A DNA stretch of 64,000 bases, taken from positions 58,034,001 through 58,098,000 of the forward strand of contig CM059432.1 of assembly GCA_030390025.1 (NCBI GenBank), read 5' to 3'. A program made the position numbers and the translations under genes. This DNA comes from Squalus acanthias (lineage: Eukaryota). The notes below the pieces were generated by a model. The model saw nothing but the letters and a program-made list of their open reading frames with translations. It was not told where the DNA came from and made no database searches. Positions 38,098 to 50,929 of this stretch are shown here, in pieces (the stretch's first letter is position 1; the number at the start of each line of letters is the position of its first letter).

Positions 38098-38531
38098 TTT
38101 GATTTGAGCAGTAAGTAATCTATATGGATGGAATGCGATGGAAGTGCAGCAGTTGTTCAAGCTGCAGTGGCCTGATATCACATGACTTGAACTGCGATTA
38201 ATTCCATTTTCTGTGTGTTGGTAATTTTATGCTGACTTACTGCTACTTGGCAAGATAGCAGGCTTGACATGAAAATGTGGCTGTACATTGTAAATGCCAA
38301 TTTAACATAGACAGGAAACAGATACAATCAACATAAATAATGCTGTAGTTTCTGACATTATTAAGCTTTCACACCACTTCTGCTATGTACCACATTTGGA
38401 CCAGGATTTTATATAAACTACAAACTCATGCCAAACCTTTATTTTTTTTTGTAAAGTAGACAGAATTTCCTGCGTACATCGCGTACTTGCTGACACACAA
38501 TTATGCATCATTGAACACTACATATTATACT

Positions 38532-38953
38532 GCAACACGGTGGCATAGTGGTTAGCACTGGTGCCTCACAGCGCTAGGGACCCGGGTTCGAATCTGACCT
38601 CGGGTGACTGTCTGTGTGGAGTTTGCACATTCTCCCCGTGTCTGCGTGGGTTTTCTCCGGGTGCTCCGGTTTCCTCCCACAGTCCAAAAATGTGTGGGTT
38701 AGGTTGATTTGGCTATGACAAATTGACCCTTAGTGTTAAGGGGGGATTAAATATATGTGGGGTTATGGGGATAGGATGAGATATGTTAGGGGGAATTAAA
38801 TACGTGGGGTTACGGGGGTAGGGTGGGATATGTGTACTGTGGGGATTAAAGCAGGGACATGGGTACTGGATTTGGATGATCAGCCATGATCGTATTGAAT
38901 GGTGGAGCAGGCTCGACGGGCCGGATGACCTACTCCTGCTCCTAGATTCTATG
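38532..38953 (+). mobile_element. tRNA-derived V-SINE (HE1-like) with CR1-derived 3' tail
   Basis: A box TGGCATAGTGG; B box GGTTCGAATC; V-domain TGTGTGGAGTTTGCACATTCTCCCCGTGTCTGCGTGGGTT; 3' end matches the CR1 3' UTR at 24400-24490. Confidence 0.9.
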
Positions 38954-39184
38954 TACATACCATTTGTTTTATGAGTTAACAAGCTCAATCTGAGGCTAAG
39001 TCCTAGAAATTCGGGGGTTTAGCGAGTGCGGTAAGTCCTGTTTTGATGAAAAAATGGTGGCCGACTCACTTCTGCCTGCTTCTGGCGGGACCTGCGGCGG
39101 CCGCCATTTTGGGGAGGTCGGCAGCACTGCTGTTGCTCCACATATTTAGATTAGGCAGATTGTGACGAGGCTGGTCCGGTGCAG

Positions 39185-40822
39185 CCAGGGTCGGTGTCAT
39201 GGTCCCAGCCCGCTGCCTACTGCAGCCCGCACTCTCCAAGTGATTTTACGTTAATAGGACTTGTTAAGCCCGCCTTGCGAGGTTCCCGGCCAATTAAAAG
39301 GAAGCGGGTCTGATGACGTCAATTAATGATGCGTCATCCGCCGGTTTCCTTGAAGGGGCCATGTCCAAATTGATTTTGCTGTCAGTGTTCTACATTGAGG
39401 TGCTGCAAACACTGACAAGCACTGCATAGAGGTGCACGGCTGCACCCAGGCTCTCCCATGACTCCCTCCATATGCTTATGGAAGGAGTCACAGCACGCAG
39501 GGAGGTTCTCTTCCCTTCCCATGGGCGAAAGAGACATCCCCAGGAGATCAACGCAGCCTGGTTGCACATTGCACAGGAGGGCACAAGCAGGGATGTTGTC
39601 AGGAGGACCAGACTGCAGTGGCACAAATATTTCAATGATCTCAGTAGATCACGAAACGTTACTGCAAAGCCACACTCAACCTCATCCTGCTGTGCCTCTC
39701 ATCACATCCCTATCGCTCTGCCTTCCCTACCCTACTCCTACACATCTTTACTCACACCAGCTTACCTTGCACCTCCACCCATCCCTCTCTATCTACACTA
39801 TCACTTCCCCATCTCACTAGCCACCCCTCACACTCACCCTCATCCTAGTGCAATCATACCAACTAACAGCACACAAGGGTAGGCACTTTTGTGTTTTAGC
39901 CAATATTCATGTGAAGTTTCTGTTAATGTGCTGTCAAACATTGAAACCTTTATTTTCAGCACTTTGCGTTCTTGGACAGATTTGTGTGCACCCTTGAAAG
40001 TGGCTTAGTGAGTTGCAGTGAATGGTGAGACATAACAGTACCCCCCCCGCAATGATCATGAGTGTGAACGGAATGGCTTGGGCATTGTAGGGATGCTTTA
40101 TGGTGATGGTGTGGGGTGGCGCATCATGTGGCATCCAGGGTCTACAGCGTCAAGTGAAGTAAATCTGGCCATAGTGAGGCCATCCCTGGCATCCCGGGCA
40201 GCAATGTGGTCGGGTGCTGATGCCCTCTGTCCTGTGCAGCATCAGTTAATTGCGGAGAAGGCTGCTGTTGTTGTTGCTGCTGGTGTGCCCGGTGATGCTG
40301 GTGTTGGGGTTGATCTTGGTGGGATTCTGAGGACCAAGGTGAGATATTTTCAAAGGGCAACGATGCTGATGGAATAGATGGCAGGTGAGGTTGAGATGAC
40401 AGAAGCGATCTGTCAATGGTGAGAGAGGTTGTTCCAATAAGTTGGCACTGGATAGAGAGTTGGCTCCAAACACTTGCAAGCTGCAGAAAGCTCAATATGT
40501 CTTCCAAATGCAGTTAGCAACAGTTTCTGAGCTTTGAAAGTGAACAGCTGTAACATGGGATCTTTCATACAACTTTGGCAGCTGTCAGGTCATAAGATAA
40601 TTCAATGCTGAATCCACTCACGACATGCTGAGCTGACGTGTTCCCTGAGCAGTGGGTAACCCGTGGGGGAGCACGTAAAATTGAAATGTAGGCTTAAAAT
40701 AACAGTTAATTGGATGTTAACTACCCATTTAATGATGTGAATTGCCTCCCCCGCTGCTGGGTGTCGGGTCTGTTCAGCGCCGACAGACCCGACACCTGGG
40801 AGACTCGTGTGGAGGCGGGTTG
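39185..40822. mobile_element. Non-autonomous Harbinger family B copy 4 (termini lost)
   Basis: Collinear with 5923-7705; Myb exon LMEGVTARREVLFPSHGRKR...WLHIAQE...FNDLSRSR. Confidence 0.85.
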
Positions 40823-40900
40823 ACAGTGGAGTTTTGCTGCAAGTGGAGAACGCCTTGCTTCTCATTTAAAGGTTTCTACTCACAACACTTGCTCACAGTC

Positions 40901-41895
40901 ATGGGGACTGTACTTGCAGTGCCTCTCACGCTCGAGTATGATAGGCTGATGGAGCTGAGGCAGCGAAGAAGAGGAGAAGGTGCTCGCAAAGGGAGGAGGA
41001 GTAGGGGTAGGAAGGCTCTCAGCAGGAGGCATTACCAAACTGGGGTCTTCCGAGAACTCTTCTCCTACCTGCAGTTAAGCCAGGAGCAGTGTATTAGGAG
41101 GCTCTGCTTCACCAAGGAGGTGGTCACAGAACTCTGCTACCTTCTGCAACCAAACCTGCAGCCTCAGAGCAGGGCAATGACGGCTCTCCCAGTGGCCCTC
41201 AAGGTCACTGTGGCCCTCAATTTTTTTTCCAATGAATCCTTCCAGTCTGCAGCAGGAGCCATAGCTAACATCTCCCAGTTTGTCATCCATCGCTGCATCC
41301 GGAAGGTCATTGAGGCTTGCTACTCCAGGAGAAGGGACGTCATTGTCTTCTGAAGCAGGAGCAGCACAACCACACACAACACATCATGATGGTGAATGCC
41401 CGCTAAGCTGGCAGCAGTCATGATGCCTTCATCCTGCTCCAGTCCAGTGTGCCAGCAATCTTCCAGCCACATCGAACCTGAGGTTGGCTGCTCAGAGACA
41501 AGGGCTATCCGCTCTGCACCTGATGACTCCCCTCCATAACCCCACTACTCGTGCCCAGCACTCATATAATGACAGCCATGCAGCCACAAGGAATGTCATC
41601 AAGCTGACTATCGGGGTGCTCAAGCAATGGTTCCGCTTCCTTGACTGCTCGGGAAGAGCCCTCCAGTACTCGCTGGAGTGGCTGTCCCATTTTGTGGTGG
41701 TCTGCTGCATGCTCCACAACTTGGCCATCATGAAGGTGCAGCCCTTGCCACCAGGACCACCTGGTTCCGGGACCACCTCAAGAGGAGGAGGAGGAGGAGG
41801 AGGAAGAAGAGAAAGAGGAAATGAGGAGGCAGGCAACACATCCCCGTTCCAGACGGGCTGTCCGTGAGCACCTCATCAGACTCTGATTCCAGTGA
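40901..41895 (+). pseudogene. Harbinger 2 transposase pseudogene with internal deletion
   Basis: QEQCIRRLCFTKEVV, ALPVALKVTVALNFF, HAATRNVIKLTIGVLKQWFRFLD, CCMLHNLA; GAIDCTH region missing. Confidence 0.88.
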
Positions 41896-42179
41896 ATGAA
41901 ACTCAGATCCCCATTGCTCACCATTTCCCCATTATAACATCCGTCGGAACATCACAGCGTCCTCCTGGGCACAAAACTGAAATGAGAGCCACCACAAAAC
42001 ACGCATTACAAACAAAATTCATAAATGTATCAAATTCAAATCAAAATGATAAAATCAACTAATCACCCTTGTGCATTCCCTTAGTATCTGTCTTTCGTCT
42101 GCCTTTTCCTACTCTAGTGCTCCTACAAAGTGCTCCCACAGTGGCTGCAGCATGGCTGGTGGAAGGCTGCTGACTTTTA

Positions 42180-43932
42180 GGCCGGAATTTTCCGGGGTGG
42201 TAGCGGAAGCGATCGGTGGCGGGTCGGGTGGGAAAGTTATTATTTTTGACAGCAGGTCAGGAACTGCGGGTCGTTTTGCTCCTACGTGCCTTTCCCCGAG
42301 GTGCATCTATCATCGCGGAGCCGACTCGACCGGCAGTGGTGGGGGACCAGATTGAGATGATTATCAGATAGTTTACAGGCACTTAAGAGCCTTTTTTCAC
42401 TTACTTTTTAAATTTCACTGCATGGCCACGGAAGTCACACAGCTCAGGAACCACATCTGTCAACCTGAGGCGGGAGTTCAATGGCCATTGCTCCAGCTGA
42501 TTACTTGACAGCATCAAATGTACAGTAAAAACTCCCACCTGACAGATGATCACTTTCCTCAGGCAGAAGCTGTTGCTCAGTCTATTTCCAGCACAGATTC
42601 TGCAGGCTGCAAGTGGTTCCAGCAAAGTTTCCAACCAGTTTCACCTCATTGGAAGAACTCTCTCACCATTGACAGATCGCTTCTGTCATCTGTACTTCAC
42701 ATGCCATCTATTCCATCAACATGGATGCCATTTATACTGTCTCACTTTGGTCCTCAGAATCGGACCACGATCAGCCCCAACACCAGCAGCACCAACAACA
42801 ACAACACCAACCTTCTCCGCAATCACCTGATGCTGCTCAGGACACAGGGCATCAGCACCCGACCACATTGCTGCCCAGGAGGCCAGGGATGGCCTCACCA
42901 TGTCCAGATTTACTTCACTTTACGCTGTGCACCCTGGCTGCCACATGATGCGCCAGGTTGACACCACCCCACACCAACACCATAAAGCATCCCTACAATG
43001 ACTAAGCCATTCCTTTCACACTCATCACCATTGCGGGAGGTACCGTTATGTCTCACCATTCACTGAAACTCACTAAGCCACTTCCAAAGGTGCACACAAA
43101 TCTGTCCAAGACAAGTGTTGAAAATAAAGATTTTTATGTTTGACACCACATTAACAGAAACTTTACATAAACATTGCATAAAACACCCAAGTAGCTACCC
43201 TTGTGTGTTATTAGCTGGTATGAGTGTGAGGGGTAGCTAGTGAGATGGGGATGTGATAATGTAGATAGAGAGAGAGGGATGGGTGGAGGTGCAAGGTAAG
43301 TTGGTGTGAGGAAGGATGTGCAGGAGTAGGGTAGGGAAGGCAGAGTGATGGGGATGTGATAAGAGGCACAGCAGGATGAGGTTGAGTGTGGCTTTGTACT
43401 AACATTTCGTGATCTAATGAGATCATTGAAATGTTTGCAGCGCTGCACCCAGGTTCTCCTGACCACATCCCTGCTGTTGACCTCCTCTGCAATGTGCAAC
43501 CAGGCTGTTTTGGTCTTCTGGGAAGGTCTCTTCCGCCCATCAGAAGGGAAGAAGACCTCCCTGCGTGCTCTGACTCCCTCCATAAGCATATGAAGGGAGT
43601 CATCGGAGAACCTGGGTGCAGCCCTCTGCCTCTGTGCAGTGATTGTCAGTGTTTGCAGCACTCCAATGCTGTAGTGCACTGACAGCACTATGGTAGATTA
43701 AACTTCAAATGTAATGTGGCTATGGTCCCTTTAAGGATCTCGCTGAAAACGTGTCATGAATGACATCACCAGACCCGCTCCATGTCATTGGGCTGGGTAA
43801 CGCGCTGGGCGGGCTTAATAGGCCCCATTAAGGTAATTTCATTTCAACAGCAGGATGGAGCCAGCAGCGGGGTCGCGACCCCCCATGGACACCGCCCACA
43901 CCGGACCCGCCGAGGTAGGCAAAATTCCGACC
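42180..43932. mobile_element. Non-autonomous Harbinger family B copy 5
   Basis: TIR GGCCGGAATTTT / AAAATTCCGACC; TSD TTA/TCA; the empty site CTGACTTTCAGTGGG is visible at ~58461; Myb exon open in ORF 43134-43688 (-). Confidence 0.9.
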
Positions 43933-44134
43933 TCAGTGGGGGAGACTACAGATGGCCTTGCAGGATGACCTTGAGCAGCTCTGGACCTAGAAGGCCCGGC
44001 TGTAGACTGCATCACTTCTGCATGGGCGGCAGTAGTCTGGGCTGGCTGGCTAACAGGCAGCAGCAAGGGCACTGGCGGAGTTGCAGTGGTGGGGGGACAA
44101 ATGGTGTCATCCTGAGAGAGGACAACAGGTTCTT

Positions 44135-44472
44135 GCCAATTTGCACACAGCAAGCTCTCACAAACAGCAATGTGATATTGATCAGATATTCTGTTTTTGG
44201 TGAAGTTGATTGAGGGATAAATATTGTCTGGGACACCAGGGATAACTCCCCTGTTGTTATTCGAAATAGTGCCATGGGACCTTTTATATCCATTTGGGAG
44301 AGCAGACGGGGACTCGATTTCACATCTCATCCGAAAGATAGCACCTCCGACAGTGCACTGGGCTGGCGTGTCAACTTAGCTTTTTGTGTTCTAACAGTGT
44401 CTGGACTGAGACTTGAACTCACAACCATATTGGCTCAGAGGCAAGAGTGCTACCAACTGAGCCATAGCTGAT
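44135..44472 (-). mobile_element. DeuSINE/SacSINE1-like SINE, partial
   Basis: Collinear with 45285-45620; tRNA-like head on minus strand. Confidence 0.8.
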
Positions 44473-44576
44473 ACTCTGAAGTGAAGCATGAATGGTGATA
44501 GCTAGATGGTAGCTGAGTAATGGGGGTGTGGTGCATTGAGCAGTGTGGTATGGCATTTTCTGAAGCCTTCACTCAC

Positions 44577-44804
44577 CTTCACCAGCCATGTGAGGTCATT
44601 AAACTTTCTTTGGCACTGGATCCATGTCCTGGGGACAACATTCGTCACCATGATGGATTGTGCAATCTCCTCCCAGATCCTTCTACTTATGACCTTTGAG
44701 GGCTCTTGTTCCCATGCGGGTATAGGACATCCTGCCCCCAGGACCAAGGCCTCCAGTGCGGCATCCGAGAACTGTCTTGCCCTGTCTTTAGGCTGTTGCT
44801 CCAT
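44577..44804 (-). pseudogene. Harbinger 2 Myb/SANT exon 1 remnant
   Basis: QFSDAALEALV...IWEEIAQ...PRTWIQCQRKFNDLT followed by GTGAGT donor. Confidence 0.8.
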
Positions 44805-45169
44805 TGCTTCTTCTCAGCTGACAATGAAGTGCTTCTGCAACAAAGCACCTCCCTTTTAAGTAGATCAGAGAACCTCAGCCAAATTTTATCGGAGTGATTA
44901 TTTACACCGCATTTTTGGCCCTCTACGCGCATGTGCGGTACTGCACATGCACACTTGATCTGGTCGCGCATGCGCAGTACGCAATGGTGCCGTGGTTGCG
45001 GCCTGCACCACCACCCTTTCCTTGGCTCCATGCGGAGAAGGTCAGGGGATCCTTTGGTGGCCAGGGGAGAGGGGATCGAAGATCAGCGTGGGGGAGAGAG
45101 AGTATCGAAGGCGGGAGAGGAGAAGGGGGCGGGGGAGAGAGAGGAGAGGAGCTCGAAGTGGGGAGAGAA

Positions 45170-45620
45170 AGAAAGAAAGACAGACTTGCATTTATATAGC
45201 GCCTTTCATGACCACCGGACGTCTCAAAGTGCTTTACAGCCAATGAAGTACAGTCACTGTTGTAATGGAAGAAATGCTGCAGCCAATTTGCGCACAGCAA
45301 GCTCCCACAAACGGCAATGTGAAAATGACCAGATAATCTGTTTTTGTTATGTTGGTTGAGGGAGAAATTGGCCAGGACACCGGGGATAACTCCCCCACTC
45401 TTCTTCGAAATAGTGCCATAGGATCTTTTACGTCCAGAGCAGACGGGGCCTCGGTTTAACGCCTCATCAGAAAGACGGCACCATCCAACAGTGCAGCACT
45501 CCCTCAGCACTGCACTGGAGTGTCAGCCTAGCTTTATGTGTGTAAACCCCTGGAGTGGGACTTGAACTCACAACCTTCTGACTCAGAGGCAAATGTGCTA
45601 CCAACTGAGCCACGATAACA
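45170..45620 (-). mobile_element. DeuSINE/SacSINE1-like SINE, near full length
   Basis: Minus strand A box TGGCTCAGTTGG, B box AGTTCAAGTCC; 3' end GCGCTATATAAATGCAAGTCT plus TCTT repeats. Confidence 0.85.
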
Positions 45621-45939
45621 CTGAGGAGGTCAGGAACTCGCAGGGGTGGTGGGGGGGTGAAGAGCATGGAGAAAACAGTGGAGATGGGGAAAGAATGTGA
45701 TCCGGGTCTAAAGGGGGGTTTGAGAGCGAGAATGTGATCCAGATGGGAAGATGGATCACGTTCTCCCCCCTGTTAGACGTGGATCATGTTCTTCCAACCC
45801 CACCCCCACCCTCTTTAAACACGCATTCTCAAAAAAACGGCCCGTGTGCGGGAAGTGACATCATTGGACTGGACGAAATACCAATAAACCTGTTAACAAA
45901 TCGTGACCCACACACAATGCCCCCTTTATGGGGGGTTGG

Positions 45940-46245
45940 GGAGAATATCAGGAACTTGTGGCAGGGGGGAGAAGGTCAGGAACATATTGGGGGGTGAAGA
46001 TCAGGAACTTGTTGGGAGGGTCAGGAACTTGTTAGGGGAGAAGGTCAGGAACTTGTTGGGGGGGAGAAGGTCAGGAACTCGGCAGGTGGCGGGAAAGTCA
46101 GGAACTTGTTGGGGGAGAAGGTCAGGAACTTGTTGCGGGGGAGAAGGTCAGGAACTCGGCAGGTGGGGGAAGGTCAGGAACTTGTTGCGGGGGAGGTCAG
46201 GAACTCGGCAGGTGGGGAGAAGGTCAGGAACTTGTTGGCGGGGGG
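45940..46245. repeat. G-rich minisatellite, about 12 units of 21-27 bp
   Basis: Unit GGGGGAGAAGGTCAGGAAC followed by TTGTT or TCGGCAGGT. Confidence 0.9.
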
Positions 46246-47427
46246 TGGAGGGAGAAGCTCTGTCTGGAGCCTGGCAGTCAGAATGAATGGATCAAATTAC
46301 ACATTACAAAGTATTTGATTACTCAGGCAGGCAAGATCTAATTACACATTCCAGACAAACCGCTGGGTGTGTCTTGTCCTCCAAGGGGACCAATCAGAAA
46401 TCTGGTCTTGTCATCCGAGGGGACTAATCAGAATTTTGGTGTTGCAAATACATACTGCCAAACTTTATTGGCCAGTAGACTGCCCCCGATATTGCCCCCC
46501 CCACCCCCCCCGTTGAGCACTAAGCCAATCAGCAGTGTATTTAGCGCTAAGATCAGCACTGAAATCATGTAAATGAGCAGACAGCACAAATTTTGCTGCC
46601 TGCACCACTTAGAAGGGGCACAGGCAAATAGCGCTGGGCCGTACCTCCGCCTGTTTTCGGCCCTTATCCAATTTCTAGGCCCAAGGACTGTGTAATCAGT
46701 ACATCCTAAGGATATGGTGAAGGCAGGACAGTTTGTGCCATTTGCCAACTGCAACTCCTTGAATTTTATTGCATTTCTAGTGTTCTCAGTGGACATCAAT
46801 GGAACTTCAACATTTTTTTAACAACTTAGCAGAAAAAAATTAAAGTGCATCTTGATATAGGACAGTGCTTGCCATCCTCTGTATGAACGCACCCATGAAA
46901 GCAGGATTCATAGAATGAACAGGATAACAGGGTGAATTTATCAGAAGTCAGCAATTGCATTTTTAAAGGCAACCTTTGAGTGGAAACAGAATGAAGAACT
47001 GACATGGAAGGGGAAGAAAGACACTGAAAACAGAAGTGATAATGACAGCTTACCATTATATAACAGTTTTCGTCCAATGAACATGCCAGGGAGCTTAAGA
47101 GAAGGGAAAAAACCCTGAAGGGGTGGAGTTTCCGTGAGGTTGAGCTGGTTTTTCCAACGCAAATCGCCCGAAATCAGCCAAACCAGTGCAATAGATGGCA
47201 GAATTTCACACGCAAGTTACGTCCAGCGCAAATTGAGTTTCCGTGCTCTTTGGCACTAGTTTAAAAAAAACTCACTGGAAGCCGGCCCCGCCCACAAAAC
47301 TGGCCACACCCCCAGATCGAATTAATCACCATGGCGAGTTTCCACTAATTGTGCCTGTTTGTGGGCCTTTGAGGAGGCTCTTAAAATTAAGCTTTTTTTT
47401 AGGCGCAAGGGCACAAATTTTTTTTTA

Positions 47428-47695
47428 CATTGAATCTACAGCGCAGGAACAGGCCATTCGGCCCAACAGATCTGTGCCGATGTGTATGCTCCACACGAGC
47501 CTCCTCGCACCCCTCTTCACCTAACCCGGCCAGCATATCCTTCTATTCCTTTCTCCCTCATCTAGCTTCCCCTTAAATGTATCGGTGCTATTCACCTCAA
47601 CTTTTCCTTGTGGTAGCGAGTTCCACACCTTACCACTCTTTGGGTAAAGAAGTTTCTCCCGAATTCCCGATTGGATGTATTGGTGACTATTTTAT
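47428..47695 (-). mobile_element. CR1 3' end fragment
   Basis: caggccattcggccc 3' UTR motif; reverse of ...GNFFTQRVVRCG. Confidence 0.75.
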
Positions 47696-48451
47696 GGTGC
47701 AGAAATTCCGATCCCTACGGGTGTGTACCCGCTGTGTACTCATCCGTAGGGACATAGGAAATGCCGGTTTCAGGCATGCACTGCGCATGCGCTGGAAACC
47801 GGCATTTCCAATCTGTCAAGAAAGCTCTTGACAGATCCTCCGCCTGCCCTGGAGAAGGGCCTCTGCGGGTGGAGCGTTCCGTTTTTTGGAGACCCTCCAC
47901 CCGCAAAACACTTACAATTCTTGCGCCTGGAAAAAGCAGGCGTAAGGCCTGCTTTTACCAGGATAAGAGTTGAAAAAAGTAGAATTTTTTTTTTCCACTG
48001 ATTTATCATTTAAAAATACTTTAAAGAAAGGTAAGTTTATTTTTAGCCCCGTTAAAAACTTTAATTATTTTTTTCAAAAAATAAAATTTTTGTTTAAAAT
48101 ACTTAATTTATTGTAATTTAAAGTCATTTTAAAAATGTGATTTTTAAAAAAAAATTACTTAAAGTTTTCCTATGTTTTGGGGGGTGATCTCTATTCATAT
48201 ATTTGACAGGTCTTCCTGTCAAATGTATGAAGGGAGATTCCCTTCTCTGATAGGCTCCCCATGGCCCACGTGATCCCAGGGACGCTGCGAACCGCCTGCG
48301 CCTCTGGGATATGTGGGCCCTGCACACCGGCAGTTTGGAGAGGCCCAGCAACGGAACTCTGCGCCTCCCGGGAGCCCTCCGGTCTTGGTGCAGATTTTTC
48401 CAGATCACAGCCCTCCGCCCGCGGGAGGCCTGCGATGGGAATATCTGGGCC
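47696..48451. mobile_element. Harbinger-type MITE (family C-like)
   Basis: GGTGCAGAAATTCC / GGAATATCTGGGCC termini; homologous to 35435-36149. Confidence 0.8.
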
Positions 48452-48474
48452 ATTTATGCCCCTATGCCAAATGA

Positions 48475-48605
48475 GAACAGAAACCAATGGAAAACATTCA
48501 GCAGGTCAGGCAGCATCTGTGGAGAGAGAGAGAAACAGAGTTAACGTTTCAGGTCGATGACCTTGAAAGTTCATAGACCTGAAACGCTAACTGTTTCTCT
48601 CTCCA
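48475..48605. mobile_element. Palindromic head-to-head Penelope-derived mini-element
   Basis: GAGTTAACGTTTCAGGTCGATGACCTT followed by GAAAGTTCATAGACCTGAAACGCTAACTG; both hammerhead cores truncated. Confidence 0.75.
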
Positions 48606-49147
48606 AAGGGGCCACCCAAACCTTCCCAAAGTGTTTATTCTGTAATTCTATGCTCCCAGTATAGTGCCTCGTTTGACAGGAGCTACAGTGTTGCAGCTCT
48701 ATCTCTGACTCAGTCTCCTAGTACTAAGGTTGTATGCTCAAAGCAACTAATAAATTGATTTGACAGACAATTTTCCAATTTAGCAACAGGACTGAGGAAC
48801 ATCAATCCTAATGCTTGGTGATATGGGCGATCTTGCAGAATTTCCCGAGGCCTCACTGTGTATTCACAGTAAAAGCACATCTCCATTGGGCCTGCCTGCC
48901 AGTGGGAATTCATTGTTAGTGGGTGAGTGGGATAAAGCATGCAGCTGCAACTCTTAGAGTTTAGGACCCCCAGGGGCCATAGCAGAACTATACTGTCTGC
49001 TTGGCAGAAAGAGCCAGACCAAGTGAATGTTATGTTAAACAGCTAAAGAATGCGGGAGGAGGTGAGAATAAAGATTGCCACATACACTAATCACTTTTAG
49101 GAATTAAATTTTGTTGCACTTTATTTCAACTGTAACCAGAGAGTTAA

Positions 49148-50035
49148 CATAAGAACATAAGAAATAGGAGCAGGAGTAGGCCATTCGGCCCTTCAAGCCT
49201 GCTCCGCCATTCAATAAGATCATGGCTGATCTTCAACCACAACTCCACTTTCCTGCACTATCCCCATATCCCTTGATTCGCTTAATATTCTAAAATCTAT
49301 CGATCTCTGTCTTGAATATACTCAATGACTGAGCCTCCACAGCCTTCTGGGGTAGAGCATTCCAAAGATTCACCACCCTTTGAGAATTTCTCCTCATCTC
49401 AGTCCTAAATGGCCGACCCCTTATTCTGAGACTGTGACCCCTGGTTCTAGACTCCCCAGCCAGGGGAAACATCCTCCCTGCATCTTCCCTGTCAAGCCCT
49501 GTAAAACTTTTGTATGTTTCAATGAGATCACCTCTCATTCTTCTAAACTCTAGAGAATATAGGCCTAGTCTACTCAATCTCTCCTCATAGGACAATCCCC
49601 CCCATCCCAGGAACCAGTCTGGTGAACCTTCGTTGCACTCCCTCTATGGCAAGTATATCCTTCCTTAGGTAAGGAGACCAAAACTGTACACAATACTCCA
49701 GGTGTGGTCTCACCAGGGCCCTATATAATTGCAGTAAGACGTCTTTACTCTTATACTCAAATCCTCTTGTAATAAAGGCTAACATACCATTTGCTTTCCT
49801 AATTGCTTGCTGTACCTGCATGTTAACTTTCAGTGATTCGTGTACAATGACAACCAGGTCCCTCTGAACACCAACATTTCCAATCTCTCTCCCTCCTTTC
49901 TTAAATAGTGGGGTTACATTTGTTACCTTCCAATCTGTGGGAACCGTTATAGAATCTATGGAATTTTGGAAAATGACAACCAATGCATCCACTATCTCTA
50001 TAGCCACCTCTTTCAAAACCCTAGGATGTAGGCCT
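49148..50035 (-). mobile_element. CR1 LINE with internal deletion of the RT core
   Basis: (CATAAGAA)n tail; translation jumps from TPLFKKGGRE to IGNVGVQRDL. Confidence 0.9.
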
Positions 50036-50055
50036 ATATATATATAAAACATTTC

Positions 50056-50390
50056 ATGCTGTCATCTAATCAGCTGGAGCAATGGCCACTGAACTCCCGC
50101 CTAAGGCTGACAGACGTGGTTCCCGAGCTGCGTGAATCCTGTGGGCAGCCAGGGAAATTTGAAAGGTAGGCTGAAAAAGGTGCTAAAGGGTCTGACAACA
50201 AGGTGATAATGATTTAAATTAGGTTGCCCACCTCTGCCGTTCGGGTCACTGCCGCATCAGCAAACGCACCCGAGGGAAAGGCGCGTAGGGGCGGGATGAC
50301 GGCGGGTTCCTGACCCGCTGCAACTTATTTCAAATTTCCCACCCGACCCACCTCCGATCGCGTCCGCACGGACCCCAGAAAATTCAGGCC
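50056..50390 (-). mobile_element. Terminal fragment of Harbinger family B
   Basis: Reverse complement of 42180-42510; ends AAAATTCAGGCC. Confidence 0.8.
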
Positions 50391-50929
50391 AGAGTGTCCA
50401 AGCACAGATGCAGCTTTCCTGGCCAGCATTGTGCCTGCTGCCACTAGGCAAAGTAAAGGGCACAGTGGCATGGTATCGCGGTCAACACCACCTTTTTTCT
50501 CCTTTGCACCTAGAAGTTGAGCACTCCCCAGGTACACGGAGCACAAAATTGGGCCTGATGTCTGGCTGGGTATACAAGGAAGTGGGCAGGTCATTTCATT
50601 CAAACCACCGTGTGGGTTTTGTGTATATATATATATATGTGATTTGCAGCTCTTTTTGAGTTTTAGAGACACAAGTTTCCTTTGTTCCAGTCAAATTTTG
50701 AAAAGTGTTTTTCAGCCTGTCTTGTTCCAATTGAATAGTTTGCCTGAAGCCACCAGGGAGAAATCGACAGGGCAAAGACACACTGTGGATAGTTAGCAAC
50801 AAACCAATCAATATCAATATTAAGATCAATATTCAGGACTTTTTATGTTCAGTCCAAATTAAATTACAGCTTAGTGCAGCAGACAGGACTGTCATTTTTT
50901 TTTCTTCGAGGAGGGATAGTTAAGCCCAT

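Larger units (their letters stand above)
39000..46681 (+). mobile_element. Autonomous-type Harbinger 2 (degenerate, multiply nested)
   Basis: TIR GTCCTAGAAATT / AATTTCTAGGCC; flanks TAA/CAA; same family as 55882-61933. Confidence 0.82.

Noticed and set aside
38532..38610. tRNA gene
   Set aside because: tRNA-like A/B boxes run directly into a V-SINE body and CR1 tail
43134..43688. Host MSANTD/NAIF1-like gene
   Set aside because: Lies within a TIR/TSD-bounded repeat present at least five times in the window
44923..45510. 195-aa minus-strand ORF
   Set aside because: Composed of SINE sequence and a purine-rich low-complexity tract
45940..46245. CRISPR array
   Set aside because: No unique spacers, eukaryotic context; it is a minisatellite
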